A stretch of 64,000 nucleotides of DNA, taken from assembly GCA_913048435.1 (NCBI GenBank), contig CAJWWC010000001.1:118777-182776 (forward strand), read 5' to 3'. The notes below the pieces were generated by a model that did not search any database, was not told the origin of the DNA, and saw only the letters and a program-made list of their open reading frames with translations. Below, in pieces: positions 50,883-60,719 of this stretch; position 1 is the stretch's first letter; the number at the start of each line of letters is the position of its first letter. The position numbers were made by a program, and so were the translations under genes. This DNA comes from an uncultured Flavobacteriales bacterium. GTDB taxonomy: Bacteria > Bacteroidota > Bacteroidia > Flavobacteriales > UBA7312.

Positions 50883-53068
50883 TTAGCGACATCTGAAATG
50901 AATTTTATTCTGTAAAGTCTCAATTCCTCGTCAGAATATTCATCTTCTTCAAATTCACTTCTTGCTTCGTCAAATGTTGCGCTCTCAGAATTTTTAAAAA
51001 ACTCAGATAATTCTTCCTCTTGATATTCATCAATAATTTCATCAAGGTAATAGTTTAGATTGATTTTAGTGCCTGATTCTACAATTGTTTCTATTTCTGA
51101 AATTAATTCTTCTACAGTAAGCCCTTTGGCTGATGCAATATCTTCAATTGAAAGTTTTCTATCAATGCTTTGAATAATATAGACTTTGTTGCTAGACTGT
51201 TTAGCTACAGTTTTTACAACCATTTCTTCAGGTCTTATCACATCGTTATCCTCAACATACTGCTTGATGTATTTCATAAATGGTTCTCCAAACTTTTTAG
51301 CTTTTCCCTGTCCAACTCCATAAATTTGTGCTAGTTCATCGTTGTTTAAAGGGTATTGATTTGCCATATCAATAAGTGATGCTTCAGAAAAAATAATATT
51401 TGGTGGTAAACCTAACTGTTTCGCATATTTTTTTCTTAAATCTTTGAGATTGTTAAGTAAAATAGTATCAGCAGCAGCACTTTTAATATTACTTGTAATA
51501 GCATTTTTAGCATTTATTGCATCATAGTCGTGATCTTCAGTAAAAAGAATTTTATGAGGATTTTGTAAATATTTATTTCCCTCTTCATTTATCTTTAGAA
51601 CACCATAACTTTCAATATCTTTTCTTAAAAAACCTTTGACTAGTGCTTGACGTATAACAGCATGCCAAAATCCTTTTGATTTATCCTTACCTTGACCAAA
51701 AATTTCTAATTTTTCTGATTTGTGTTGTTTAATTAATGCATTAGTTTCACCTACAATAACTTTAACTACTTCTTTAGCTTTTAATCTTTCACTTAAAGCT
51801 TTAACGACATTTATTAATCTAACAATATATATTTTTCCATCAAATTTAGGCTTTGGATGTTTACAATTGTCACACATTTCGTTACAATCTTTTTCGTCAA
51901 ATGTTTCTCCAAAATAGTGTAAAAGATATTTTCTTCTACACATTGAAGTCTCAGCAAAGGAAATGGTTTCTAGAATCAGCTGTCTTCCTATTTCTTGTTC
52001 TGCAACGGGTTTGCCCTGTAAAAATTTATCTAATTTTTCAATGTCTCTATAGCTATAAAATGTTACACAATTTCCTTCTCCTCCATCTCTACCAGCACGT
52101 CCCGTTTCTTGGTAATAGCTTTCTAAACTTTTGGGAATATCATGGTGAATTACATATCTTATATCAGGTTTATCTATACCCATTCCAAAAGCAATAGTTG
52201 CAACAATAACATCGACATCTTCCATGAGGAACGCGTCCTGGTGCTTAATTCTAATTTTATTCTCTAGTCCCGCATGATATGGTAGTGCATTTATACCGTT
52301 AACTTGTAGTGTTTCAGCTATCTCTTCAACTTTTTTTCTGCTAAGGCAATAAATTATTCCAGATTTGCCTTTGTGTTGTTTAATATATTTGATGATTTGT
52401 TTTTCAACATCAATTTTAGGTCTTATGTCATAATATAAGTTGTCTCTATTGAATGAGTCAAAAAAAACAGGGCATTCACTTATTCCAAGATTTTTTTGTA
52501 TGTCCTCTCTAACTTTTGTTGTAGCTGTTGCAGTCAAAGCAATAATTGGTGCGCGTCCTATGTTTTCAATAATCTTCCTTAAATTTCTATATTCAGGTCT
52601 GAAATCATGACCCCATTCAGAAATACAATGTGCTTCATCAATTGCATAAAATGAAATTTTTCTATTTCTTAAAAAATCAATATATTCATCTTTAGTTAAA
52701 GATTCGGGTGCAACATATAGTAGTTTTGTTTTGCCATTTTCAAGATCTTCTTTGACTTGTGTTATATCTTTTTTCGATAGCGAGGAGTTTAACACATGAG
52801 CAATACAATCATTATCATTAAAGCCTCTTATTGCATCTACTTGATTTTTCATTAAGGCTATTAGGGGAGATACAATTATGGCGCAACCATCACTCACTAG
52901 AGCGGGTAGCTGATAGCACATTGATTTACCACCTCCTGTTGGCATAATAACAAACGCGTCATTACCATCCAAAGTGTTTTTGATAATAGTTTCTTGTTGA
53001 CTTTTGAAATGACTGAATCCAAAATAATTTTGAAGTTCATCTTTCAATGAAATGATATGTGTACTCAT
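50879..53068 (-). CDS. recQ: DNA helicase RecQ
   Basis: PTGGGKS, DEAHCISEWGHDFRP, QETGRAGRDG; Zn site, RQC and HRDC regions. Confidence 0.96.
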   Translation of the reverse strand: MSTHIISLKDELQNYFGFSHFKSQQETIIKNTLDGNDAFVIMPTGGGKSMCYQLPALVSDGCAIIVSPLIALMKNQVDAIRGFNDNDCIAHVLNSSLSKKDITQVKEDLENGKTKLLYVAPESLTKDEYIDFLRNRKISFYAIDEAHCISEWGHDFRPEYRNLRKIIENIGRAPIIALTATATTKVREDIQKNLGISECPVFFDSFNRDNLYYDIRPKIDVEKQIIKYIKQHKGKSGIIYCLSRKKVEEIAETLQVNGINALPYHAGLENKIRIKHQDAFLMEDVDVIVATIAFGMGIDKPDIRYVIHHDIPKSLESYYQETGRAGRDGGEGNCVTFYSYRDIEKLDKFLQGKPVAEQEIGRQLILETISFAETSMCRRKYLLHYFGETFDEKDCNEMCDNCKHPKPKFDGKIYIVRLINVVKALSERLKAKEVVKVIVGETNALIKQHKSEKLEIFGQGKDKSKGFWHAVIRQALVKGFLRKDIESYGVLKINEEGNKYLQNPHKILFTEDHDYDAINAKNAITSNIKSAAADTILLNNLKDLRKKYAKQLGLPPNIIFSEASLIDMANQYPLNNDELAQIYGVGQGKAKKFGEPFMKYIKQYVEDNDVIRPEEMVVKTVAKQSSNKVYIIQSIDRKLSIEDIASAKGLTVEELISEIETIVESGTKINLNYYLDEIIDEYQEEELSEFFKNSESATFDEARSEFEEDEYSDEELRLYRIKFISDVAN

Positions 53069-53304
53069 TTAATTTATCCAAGCTAATAATTTGGTACTTT
53101 TGTATTCAAATTAACTATTTTATAAATGTAAATAAATTTATTGATCAATTCAAAATAAATAAGTTTAAATCTAATTTAGAAATTATAAAAATTGCTTATT
53201 CTTTTTTAAGAATTGGACACATTTTACTTATTTAAAGGTATTGACAAATTATAATTTTTATTTAAATTTTTAAGATAAACTTTAAAAAGAAAGAAACTAA
53301 ATTA

Positions 53305-54111
53305 ATGCAGAAAACAGATAAAAAAAAGCAAGAACAGTCTTTTTTAGATCATCTAGAGGTTCTCCGCTGGCATCTTATTAGAAGTTTTATTGCTATTTTG
53401 TTATTTACAGTCATAGCTTTTTTATTTCCTGAGATTTTATTTGATAAGATAATATTTGCAGCAAAAGATTCTTCATTTGCAACTTACAGATTTTTTTGTT
53501 GGATGTCAGAAACACTTAATTTTGGACAAGCTTTGTGTATCAACGAAATGCCATTTGAATTAATGAATATAAATATGTCTGGTCAATTCAGCACCCACAT
53601 TATTTCTTCGGTTATTGCTGGCTTTATTATTTCTTTTCCGTATATATTCTGGGAAATGTGGTGTTTTGTAAAACCAGCACTTCATAGTAATGAGAAAAGA
53701 TATTCCAAAGGTGTTGTTTTCTATACTTCTCTTCTTTTTACAATAGGTGTATTGTTTGGATATTATGCTGTAGCTCCCTTGTCTATTCAATTTTTAGGAA
53801 ACTATCAAGTTAGCCCTGAAGTAGTTAATCAAATCAATCTCAATTCTTACATATCTACTGTGACAACAGTATGTTTGGCAAATGGTGTAGTTTTTCTTTT
53901 GCCTGTATTAATATATTTTTTAAGCAAATTAGGTTTTATTACTCCTGACTTTTTGAGGCGATACAGAAGACATGCTATTGTTATGTTAATGATCATGGCA
54001 GCAATAATAACCCCCCCTGATATAATGAGTTTAATTTTGGTGACCTTTCCACTAATGCTTCTTTATGAAGTTAGTATAAAGGTATCTACAAAGTTTCAAG
54101 ATGAAGAATGA
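53305..54111 (+). CDS. tatC: Twin-arginine translocase TatC
   Basis: SFLDHLE.LR, F.KPAL...[15 protein letters not shown]. Confidence 0.94.
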   Translation: MQKTDKKKQEQSFLDHLEVLRWHLIRSFIAILLFTVIAFLFPEILFDKIIFAAKDSSFATYRFFCWMSETLNFGQALCINEMPFELMNINMSGQFSTHIISSVIAGFIISFPYIFWEMWCFVKPALHSNEKRYSKGVVFYTSLLFTIGVLFGYYAVAPLSIQFLGNYQVSPEVVNQINLNSYISTVTTVCLANGVVFLLPVLIYFLSKLGFITPDFLRRYRRHAIVMLMIMAAIITPPDIMSLILVTFPLMLLYEVSIKVSTKFQDEE

Positions 54112-54833
54112 AGATTGCAGCTAAAAATATAGTTAAGACTTATCGAAATAAAAAAGTTGTTAATAAAATTTCGCTTGAAATAAAACAGGGAGAAATTGTT
54201 GGGTTACTAGGCCCAAATGGAGCTGGTAAAACTACAACTTTTTATATGATGGTTGGTTTAGTAAAGCCTGACGATGGATGTATTTTTCTAGAAAAAGAAA
54301 ATGTGACTAGTCAGCCAATGTATCGTAGAGCTCAAATGGGAATTGGTTATTTAGCTCAAGAAGCATCGATTTTTAGAAAGCTATCTGTTGAGGACAATAT
54401 ATTAGCTGTTCTTGAAATGACAAATTTATCAAAATCTGCACAACTCGAGAAGTTAGAATCTTTACTTAGTGAATTTGGATTATTATCAATTCGTAAAAAC
54501 TTGGGAGACTTGCTTTCTGGCGGAGAAAGACGAAGAACAGAAATTGCTCGTTGTTTGGCAACTGATCCAAAATTTATTTTACTAGATGAGCCCTTTGCTG
54601 GGGTTGATCCTATTGCTGTAGAGGATATTCAGCGAATTGTATCAAAATTGAAAGATAAGAACATAGGAATACTTATTACTGACCATAATGTCCACGAAAC
54701 GCTTTCAATTACCGACAGGGCTTACTTGTTATTTGAAGGTAAAATTCTGAAATCTGGAACAGCTGACGAACTGGCGGCTGACGATCAAGTCAGAAAAGTA
54801 TATTTAGGTAAGAATTTCGAATTAAGAAAATAA
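54108..54833 (+). CDS. lptB: LPS export ABC ATPase
   Basis: [49 protein letters not shown]. Confidence 0.95.
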   Translation: MKIAAKNIVKTYRNKKVVNKISLEIKQGEIVGLLGPNGAGKTTTFYMMVGLVKPDDGCIFLEKENVTSQPMYRRAQMGIGYLAQEASIFRKLSVEDNILAVLEMTNLSKSAQLEKLESLLSEFGLLSIRKNLGDLLSGGERRRTEIARCLATDPKFILLDEPFAGVDPIAVEDIQRIVSKLKDKNIGILITDHNVHETLSITDRAYLLFEGKILKSGTADELAADDQVRKVYLGKNFELRK

Positions 54834-54836
54834 TTT

Positions 54837-55088
54837 CTAAGCTGATTTAATTTTAAAATTGTAAGCTTCCATAATTTGGTTACACAGTATTTCAGAACAG
54901 GCTTTGTCAACTTTTTTACTAGCTTCGACCTCACTGGTTGCCTCTATTTCTAAAGTTATATGTTTACCGATTCTAACATTAGTGATTTCTGGAAGGCCAA
55001 CATTTTTCATGCTACCACTGACAGCTTTTCCTTGTGGGTCCAATAGTGCCTTTAATGGCATTATGTCAATTTCTGCTATAAATTTCAT
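54837..55088 (-). CDS. purS: FGAM synthase subunit PurS
   Basis: LLDPQGKAV, VRIGK, C..ILCN..ME.Y. Confidence 0.92.
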   Translation of the reverse strand: MKFIAEIDIMPLKALLDPQGKAVSGSMKNVGLPEITNVRIGKHITLEIEATSEVEASKKVDKACSEILCNQIMEAYNFKIKSA

Positions 55089-55816
55089 TTAAATTGATTT
55101 TTGATAATCGACATCACAATATACAAAATTAAAATTATTGGAACAGATTCTAAGCATAAGATTGATAATAATATTATACTTATTGTAATTAGTAAATATC
55201 GGAACTTATTTTCTGACCAATTATAGGATTTAAATTTTAGCGCTATCATACTTAAATTAGATATCATTAATAAACTAAATATAAATACATTAATTATAAT
55301 AACCTCTTTTCTGTAAATTAAATCATATACAAACCCTTCTTTGTATTCTGCAATGAATGGGATAGAAATAAAAAAAAGTGCATTGGCAGGTGTTGGTAAG
55401 CCAATGAATGAATTGCTTTGTTTGTTATCAATATTGAATTTTGCCAAACGATAAGCTGAAAATAATGGTATTAAAAAAGCAATGTAAGGCGTGTAATGTG
55501 TTGAATAATTACTCAGGTTATTAGTTGCTGTAAAGTAGCTTTCTGTTTCTAGAAAAAATAATAATTGAAAAACGATGATTGAAGGAGCCAAGCCAAATGT
55601 AATTAAGTCTGCCAAACTGTCTAGCTGTTTTCCCATTTCGCCATTAGATTTAAGTAATCTAGCAAAAAAACCATCGAAAAAGTCAAGAAATGCGCCTAAA
55701 AGGATGCATGTAGAAGCTAATGTTAAGTTACCGCCAAAGGCAAAAAGGATAGCTAAAATACCGAATGCTAGGTTTGCTAAAGTAATTAGATTGGGTATGT
55801 GTTTAAAAATGCTCAA
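55085..55816 (-). CDS. CDP-alcohol phosphatidyltransferase (PssA-like)
   Basis: PNLIT, DFFDG..AR......G.QLDSLAD...FG, RLAKFN, F.GLPTP. Confidence 0.9.
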   Translation of the reverse strand: MSIFKHIPNLITLANLAFGILAILFAFGGNLTLASTCILLGAFLDFFDGFFARLLKSNGEMGKQLDSLADLITFGLAPSIIVFQLLFFLETESYFTATNNLSNYSTHYTPYIAFLIPLFSAYRLAKFNIDNKQSNSFIGLPTPANALFFISIPFIAEYKEGFVYDLIYRKEVIIINVFIFSLLMISNLSMIALKFKSYNWSENKFRYLLITISIILLSILCLESVPIILILYIVMSIIKNQFK

Positions 55817-55850
55817 TAAATACGATATTTGCTATGCAATAATACAAAAG

Positions 55851-57377
55851 ATGTTTCGCAAACTACTACTTTGCCTTATTTCAGCTTTATTTTTGGTGCT
55901 TTCATGGCCACCATCAGGTTTTCCATTACTCATTTTTAGTGCTTTTGTGCCTTTATTTTTTGTTGTGAAAGACCTTCAAAAGAAAAGATTCGCTTTTGTC
56001 TATTCTTTTTTGGTTTTTGCTTTGTGGAACTCATTCACAACTTACTGGATTTATTATGCCAGTTTGTTTGGTGTTGTGGCAGCGGTTTGTGTAAATAGTT
56101 TTTTGATGGCTGGTGTGATTACTCTGTTCTTATGGTTAAAATCAAAGTTTAACGATAGACGTTCATGGTGGGCGCTTATCAGCATATGGTTAAGTTTTGA
56201 GTATCTTCATTTAAATTGGGATTTGTCTTGGCCTTGGTTAACTTTAGGAAATGTATTTGCTCATTATCCTGAATTTATACAATGGTATGAATACACTGGC
56301 ACTTTAGGAGGAAGTCTATGGATATTATTAGTTAATATTATTGTATATCACTCCATAAAAAATAAATCTAAATATGTTTTATCACTTACAGTTGTTGGTT
56401 TGCCAATCTTATTCTCATTTTTAATTAATACTAAGAATGAAACAGGAAAAGTCGTTGAGATTGTGGTGGTACAACCTAATATTGACCCTTATTTTGAAAA
56501 ATTTACTGACCTAACTTCTATGCAACAATTAGAAAAGTTTATCGAATTAGCTGAAAGTAAATTAAATTCATCTACCAATTATTTAATAGGTCCAGAAACA
56601 GCTATAGTTGATGGGGTATGGGAAAATAAAATCGAAAATTCTACAGAAATAAAGAGATTGTTAGAATTAATTGAAAATTACCCTCAATTGAATATCATTG
56701 TTGGTGCAGTCACTTACAAAGCTTATTCTAAATCTGACAAAATTCCCAAAACAGCACGCCAGTTTGTAGGTTCAGATGATTATTATGATGTTTTTAATTC
56801 TGCTATTCAAATAAATACTTCTGAAATATCTGTTTATAATAAGTCTAAGTTGGTTCAAGGTGTAGAGTTTACGCCCTTTCCAGCATTTCTAGAGAACTTT
56901 GAATTTTTAGCTATTGACTTGGGTGGAATTACTGGCAGTCTTGGTACGCAAGATTATAGAGAAGTATTTGAATCTAATTCAGCAAAAATTGCACCTATAA
57001 TTTGTTATGAATCTATTTTTGGAGAATTCATTAGTCAGTATGTAAGAAATGGCGCTGATTTGTTTACAATTATTACCAACGATGGGTGGTGGAAAGATAC
57101 GCCTGGATATAAACAACATTTAAATTATGCTAGTCTTAGAGCTATTGAATGTAGGAAAGCAATTGCTCGTTCTGCTAATACAGGAGTTTCCGCCCTCATT
57201 GATTGTAAAGGAATAATAACAAATGCCACCCGATGGGATGAGGAAACAGTAATAAAAGGTCGTTTAGAAACGAACACAACTCAAACTTTTTATGTTAAGT
57301 TCGGCGACTATATCGGTCGAATATCTACTTTTATTTCTGTATTGTTTTTATTATTTGCATTGGCTAAAAGGTCATAA
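55851..57377 (+). CDS. lnt: Apolipoprotein N-acyltransferase
   Basis: QPNIDP; catalytic triad E (GPETA), K (YNKSKLV), C (ICYES); TNDGWW, RSANTG. Start reassigned to ATG 55851. Confidence 0.92.
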   Translation: MFRKLLLCLISALFLVLSWPPSGFPLLIFSAFVPLFFVVKDLQKKRFAFVYSFLVFALWNSFTTYWIYYASLFGVVAAVCVNSFLMAGVITLFLWLKSKFNDRRSWWALISIWLSFEYLHLNWDLSWPWLTLGNVFAHYPEFIQWYEYTGTLGGSLWILLVNIIVYHSIKNKSKYVLSLTVVGLPILFSFLINTKNETGKVVEIVVVQPNIDPYFEKFTDLTSMQQLEKFIELAESKLNSSTNYLIGPETAIVDGVWENKIENSTEIKRLLELIENYPQLNIIVGAVTYKAYSKSDKIPKTARQFVGSDDYYDVFNSAIQINTSEISVYNKSKLVQGVEFTPFPAFLENFEFLAIDLGGITGSLGTQDYREVFESNSAKIAPIICYESIFGEFISQYVRNGADLFTIITNDGWWKDTPGYKQHLNYASLRAIECRKAIARSANTGVSALIDCKGIITNATRWDEETVIKGRLETNTTQTFYVKFGDYIGRISTFISVLFLLFALAKRS

Positions 57378-57618
57378 TTAAATTTTGTTCTTCATTATTT
57401 GATGATGCTTCTACATTTAGTATAATATTTGTTGGAGTATTTTTTTTAAAATAGTGTTAGTATTTTTCCTAAAAATTATAAGAATATTGCCAATTATAAA
57501 AACAGTCGTAATAATCATTTCGCAAATTTTCATAATTTCTCATAGATAAAATTTCAATAATTTTTAAAAAATTTAATAAAGCTGTTTAATTTGATATTTT
57601 AATGGCTTGAATATTGTT

Positions 57619-57626
57619 TAGTTTTG
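57619..57626 (+). promoter_or_regulatory. -7 promoter element TAGTTTTG for pabB-tilS
   Basis: TAnnTTTG match 5 nt before ATG 57632. Confidence 0.6.
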
Positions 57627-57631
57627 TGCTC

Positions 57632-58927
57632 ATGCGTCAGACTGCAGTATATAACATTTCAGAAATAGAATTTTTCAAAAAACGTTTAACATCTTGGGCT
57701 TCACAGTTTGAGCAATCGGCTGTTTTACAAGGAACTACAGATGAAAATAGCGGTTTGTATTTAAAGTACGATATGTTAGTTGGTGTTGATGCCCTTGATG
57801 AGCTTTTTTCTGAAAAAGATAGTTTTAATAACTTATTTAACTTCCATTATCACAAACAAGATTGGCTTTTTGGTTATATTTCTTATGATTTGAAAAACGA
57901 GATTGAAGATTTGAAATCCGAAAATTTAGATTTTTTAAACTTTCCACACTTGCATTTTTTCCAACCTAAGTGGGTATTTGAAATCATAGACGACCAAGTC
58001 ATGATTCATTTTCCCACAAATGTAGAGCGTAAAGAAATACAACTTTTATTTAAGGAAATTATGCATTTTGAATTGAAGGATACCTCCAACGGAACTGTAA
58101 GTGTTGAAGCAAGAATTAGCAAGGAGGAATACATTGAAGGATTTAAAAAATTACAACAACACATCTTTAGAGGAGATATTTATGAGGTTAACTATTGCCA
58201 AGAATTTTTCGTAAAAAATGTGGATTTAAACCCTATTACTGTTTATCAAAACTTATATAACGTTTCAAAACCACCTTTTGCAGCCTTTTACAGATGTCAA
58301 GATAAGCACCTAATGTGTGCTAGTCCAGAGCGATTTCTCAAAAAAGATTCTAAAATGCTAATTTCTCAACCCATAAAAGGAACAAGAAAAAGAAGTGCAA
58401 AAGTAGATGAAGATAATCGTTTAAAAAATGAATTGTTACACTGTCCTAAAGAACAATCTGAAAATGTGATGATTGTTGATTTAGTTAGAAATGATTTGTC
58501 CAAGACTGCTAGTCCCTTATCCGTGAAAGTACAGGAGCTTTATGGTATTTATTCTTTTCCTCAAGTACATCAAATGATTTCTACAGTAATTTCAGAATTG
58601 GAAGAAAATATACCTTGGACGGAAGCCATTCGTCACACCTTTCCAATGGGTAGTATGACTGGAGCACCTAAGATTAGCGCTATGCAGCTTATTGAAAAGA
58701 TAGAAGTTTTTAAAAGAGGGTTGTACTCTGGTGCAGTTGGATTTGTTACTCCTGATTCTAATTTTGATTTTAATGTTGTTATAAGAAGTATACTTTATAA
58801 TTCTACTAATCAATATGCATCTTTGCCAGTAGGTAGTGCTATAACTGCAAATGCCAATCCGCATGATGAGTATGATGAATGTTATTTAAAAGCAAAAGCT
58901 ATGATGGAGGTGCTAAATGCTGGATAA
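57632..58927 (+). CDS. pabB: Aminodeoxychorismate synthase component I (chorismate-binding MST family)
   Basis: GDIYEVN, SPERF, PIKGT (PabB-type), ENVMIVDLVRND, GSMTGAPK. Confidence 0.85.
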   Translation: MRQTAVYNISEIEFFKKRLTSWASQFEQSAVLQGTTDENSGLYLKYDMLVGVDALDELFSEKDSFNNLFNFHYHKQDWLFGYISYDLKNEIEDLKSENLDFLNFPHLHFFQPKWVFEIIDDQVMIHFPTNVERKEIQLLFKEIMHFELKDTSNGTVSVEARISKEEYIEGFKKLQQHIFRGDIYEVNYCQEFFVKNVDLNPITVYQNLYNVSKPPFAAFYRCQDKHLMCASPERFLKKDSKMLISQPIKGTRKRSAKVDEDNRLKNELLHCPKEQSENVMIVDLVRNDLSKTASPLSVKVQELYGIYSFPQVHQMISTVISELEENIPWTEAIRHTFPMGSMTGAPKISAMQLIEKIEVFKRGLYSGAVGFVTPDSNFDFNVVIRSILYNSTNQYASLPVGSAITANANPHDEYDECYLKAKAMMEVLNAG

Positions 58928-60236
58928 ACTAAAATCTTTTATAGCTGAATATCAATTGGTAGAACCTAATGATCGATTACTTCTAGCAGTTAGTGGTGGT
59001 AAAGATAGTGTTTTGATGGCTCACCTTTTTCATCAATTAGACTATACTTTTGCAATAGCTCATTGTAATTTTAAATTAAGAGCAAAAGATAGTGATGCCG
59101 ATGAAAAGTTCGTTGAAGAATTAGCCCATAAATTAAACGTTACTTTTTATTCTCAATCATTTGATACCAAGACATATGCTATTGAAAATAAATTATCCAT
59201 TCAAATGGCAGCTAGAGATTTGCGATATAAATGGTTTGACAATTTGATTAATAAAGAGGGGTATAAAAAAATTGTAACAGCTCATCATCAAGACGATGCC
59301 ATAGAAACTTTACTAATTAAAAAAAGTAGAAAATCTAGTATTGGCGCTATGCAAGGAATTCCAGTTAAAAATGACAATATTATAAGACCTTTTCTGCCTT
59401 TCGGAGTAAAGCAAATTCAAAATTATATTTTAGAAAATTCTATTGAATTCAGAGAAGACAAATCTAATTCATCTGCTCAATATCAAAGAAATATTATCAG
59501 AAAATCATTGCAATATGAAAGTCAAGATAAAAGAGTTAAATATCTTAATGAGATAGAAAAGAATAAAAATATCTATTCCAAGCTTCTCGAAAAATGTGAG
59601 AGATATAAAATTAAATTTTGTGAAGACAAAAATAGTGGCATTTTCTTACCATTTGAATACCTTGCCAAGCAAGATGAAAAGCAAGAAATTTTATACGAAT
59701 TACTAAAGTATTACGGACCATTTTCTTGGCGAGATGTTTTTTCTCTAATTGATAGTGAAGTTGGTAAGTATGTAGCCAACTCTGATTACAGAATTGTTAG
59801 AGAACGACAAGGACTATTTCTTTCAAAAATATCAGATGATTTAAAAGAACAGCTTTTAATTAATATTAACGATACAGTGTTAACTTACCCTATCAGTATC
59901 AAGCTAAGTATTTACAATGTCAAAGATTTCAAACTCATTAAGAACAGTCGTTTAGCTGCTTTGGACTACAATAAACTTTACTTCCCACTAATACTGCGTC
60001 CTTGGCAAAAGGGTGATATTTTTACTCCATTAGGAATGAAAGGTAAAAAGAAAATTAGTGATTTTATGATTGACGAAAAATTTTCTACATATCAAAAAGA
60101 AAATACTTGGGTAATTTGTTCGTTAGATAACATAGTTTGTATAGTAGGTCACCGTATTAATGATGAATTCAAACTTGTACCTGAGACAGAAAAAGTATAT
60201 CTTGTCGAACCTTTGATTAATGAATATGAAAAGTGA
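58917..60236 (+). CDS. tilS: tRNA(Ile)-lysidine synthetase
   Basis: SGGKDS, HCNF.LR, AR.LRY, TAHH.DD..ET, RN.IR, C-terminal R.W..GD domain. Confidence 0.94.
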   Translation: MLDKLKSFIAEYQLVEPNDRLLLAVSGGKDSVLMAHLFHQLDYTFAIAHCNFKLRAKDSDADEKFVEELAHKLNVTFYSQSFDTKTYAIENKLSIQMAARDLRYKWFDNLINKEGYKKIVTAHHQDDAIETLLIKKSRKSSIGAMQGIPVKNDNIIRPFLPFGVKQIQNYILENSIEFREDKSNSSAQYQRNIIRKSLQYESQDKRVKYLNEIEKNKNIYSKLLEKCERYKIKFCEDKNSGIFLPFEYLAKQDEKQEILYELLKYYGPFSWRDVFSLIDSEVGKYVANSDYRIVRERQGLFLSKISDDLKEQLLININDTVLTYPISIKLSIYNVKDFKLIKNSRLAALDYNKLYFPLILRPWQKGDIFTPLGMKGKKKISDFMIDEKFSTYQKENTWVICSLDNIVCIVGHRINDEFKLVPETEKVYLVEPLINEYEK

Positions 60237-60717
60237 TATTATATTTGAAGAAAGTCAATATTTAGGCTACAACAGACTCTCATTTTTAAGGAGAATGGTT
60301 TTAGCTTTATTTTGTTTTTTATCATATTATTGGTCAGGTCAATCTATTGATACTGAAGGTTCAGGAAGCCTTTTATTTTTTTTAGGTGTATCAATAATTA
60401 TCATTTCAGCAATTCTTGTTTTTATCCTTCATTACCGAACAATAGTAGAAAATGGCAGTCTAATTTTGGATGGACTTTGGACAGCTAGAAAAGTAAAAAT
60501 TGATTTATCATCAATTAAAGAAATAAGTAAAGTAAAGTACAGTCGTTTCTTTTTTAATAGGGCAGTATATAACTTACACCTAAGAGGAGCAATCCATTTT
60601 TATACACGAGGAAAAGAGTGTGTCCAACTCACTGATAAAGATGGTCTAAAATACCTCATAGGCACTCAAAAACCTACAGAATTGTTAAGAGTACTAAAAG
60701 AACAATTAACAAAATAA
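60226..60717 (+). CDS. Hypothetical 2-TM protein with possible bacterial PH-like domain
   Basis: F.E.Q start, two hydrophobic helices, then a beta-rich region ending in YLIGTQKP.EL. Confidence 0.65.
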   Translation: MKSDIIFEESQYLGYNRLSFLRRMVLALFCFLSYYWSGQSIDTEGSGSLLFFLGVSIIIISAILVFILHYRTIVENGSLILDGLWTARKVKIDLSSIKEISKVKYSRFFFNRAVYNLHLRGAIHFYTRGKECVQLTDKDGLKYLIGTQKPTELLRVLKEQLTK

Positions 60718-60719
60718 TT

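Noticed and set aside
53241-53255. TTGACA followed by TATAAT as a sigma70 promoter
   Set aside because: Spacing is only 3 nt, and Bacteroidota use -33/-7 elements.
55575-55850. N-terminal extension of the lnt ORF overlapping the pssA-like gene
   Set aside because: It is an antisense shadow of the neighbouring gene; Lnt-like sequence begins at ATG 55851.
57417-57543. Minus-strand micro-ORFs (24-aa Tyr/Asn-rich MRNYENL...; 38-aa MKICEM...) as leader peptides or small proteins
   Set aside because: Composition is explained by AT-rich codons; they are on the wrong strand to attenuate pabB; no supporting promoter or hairpin.
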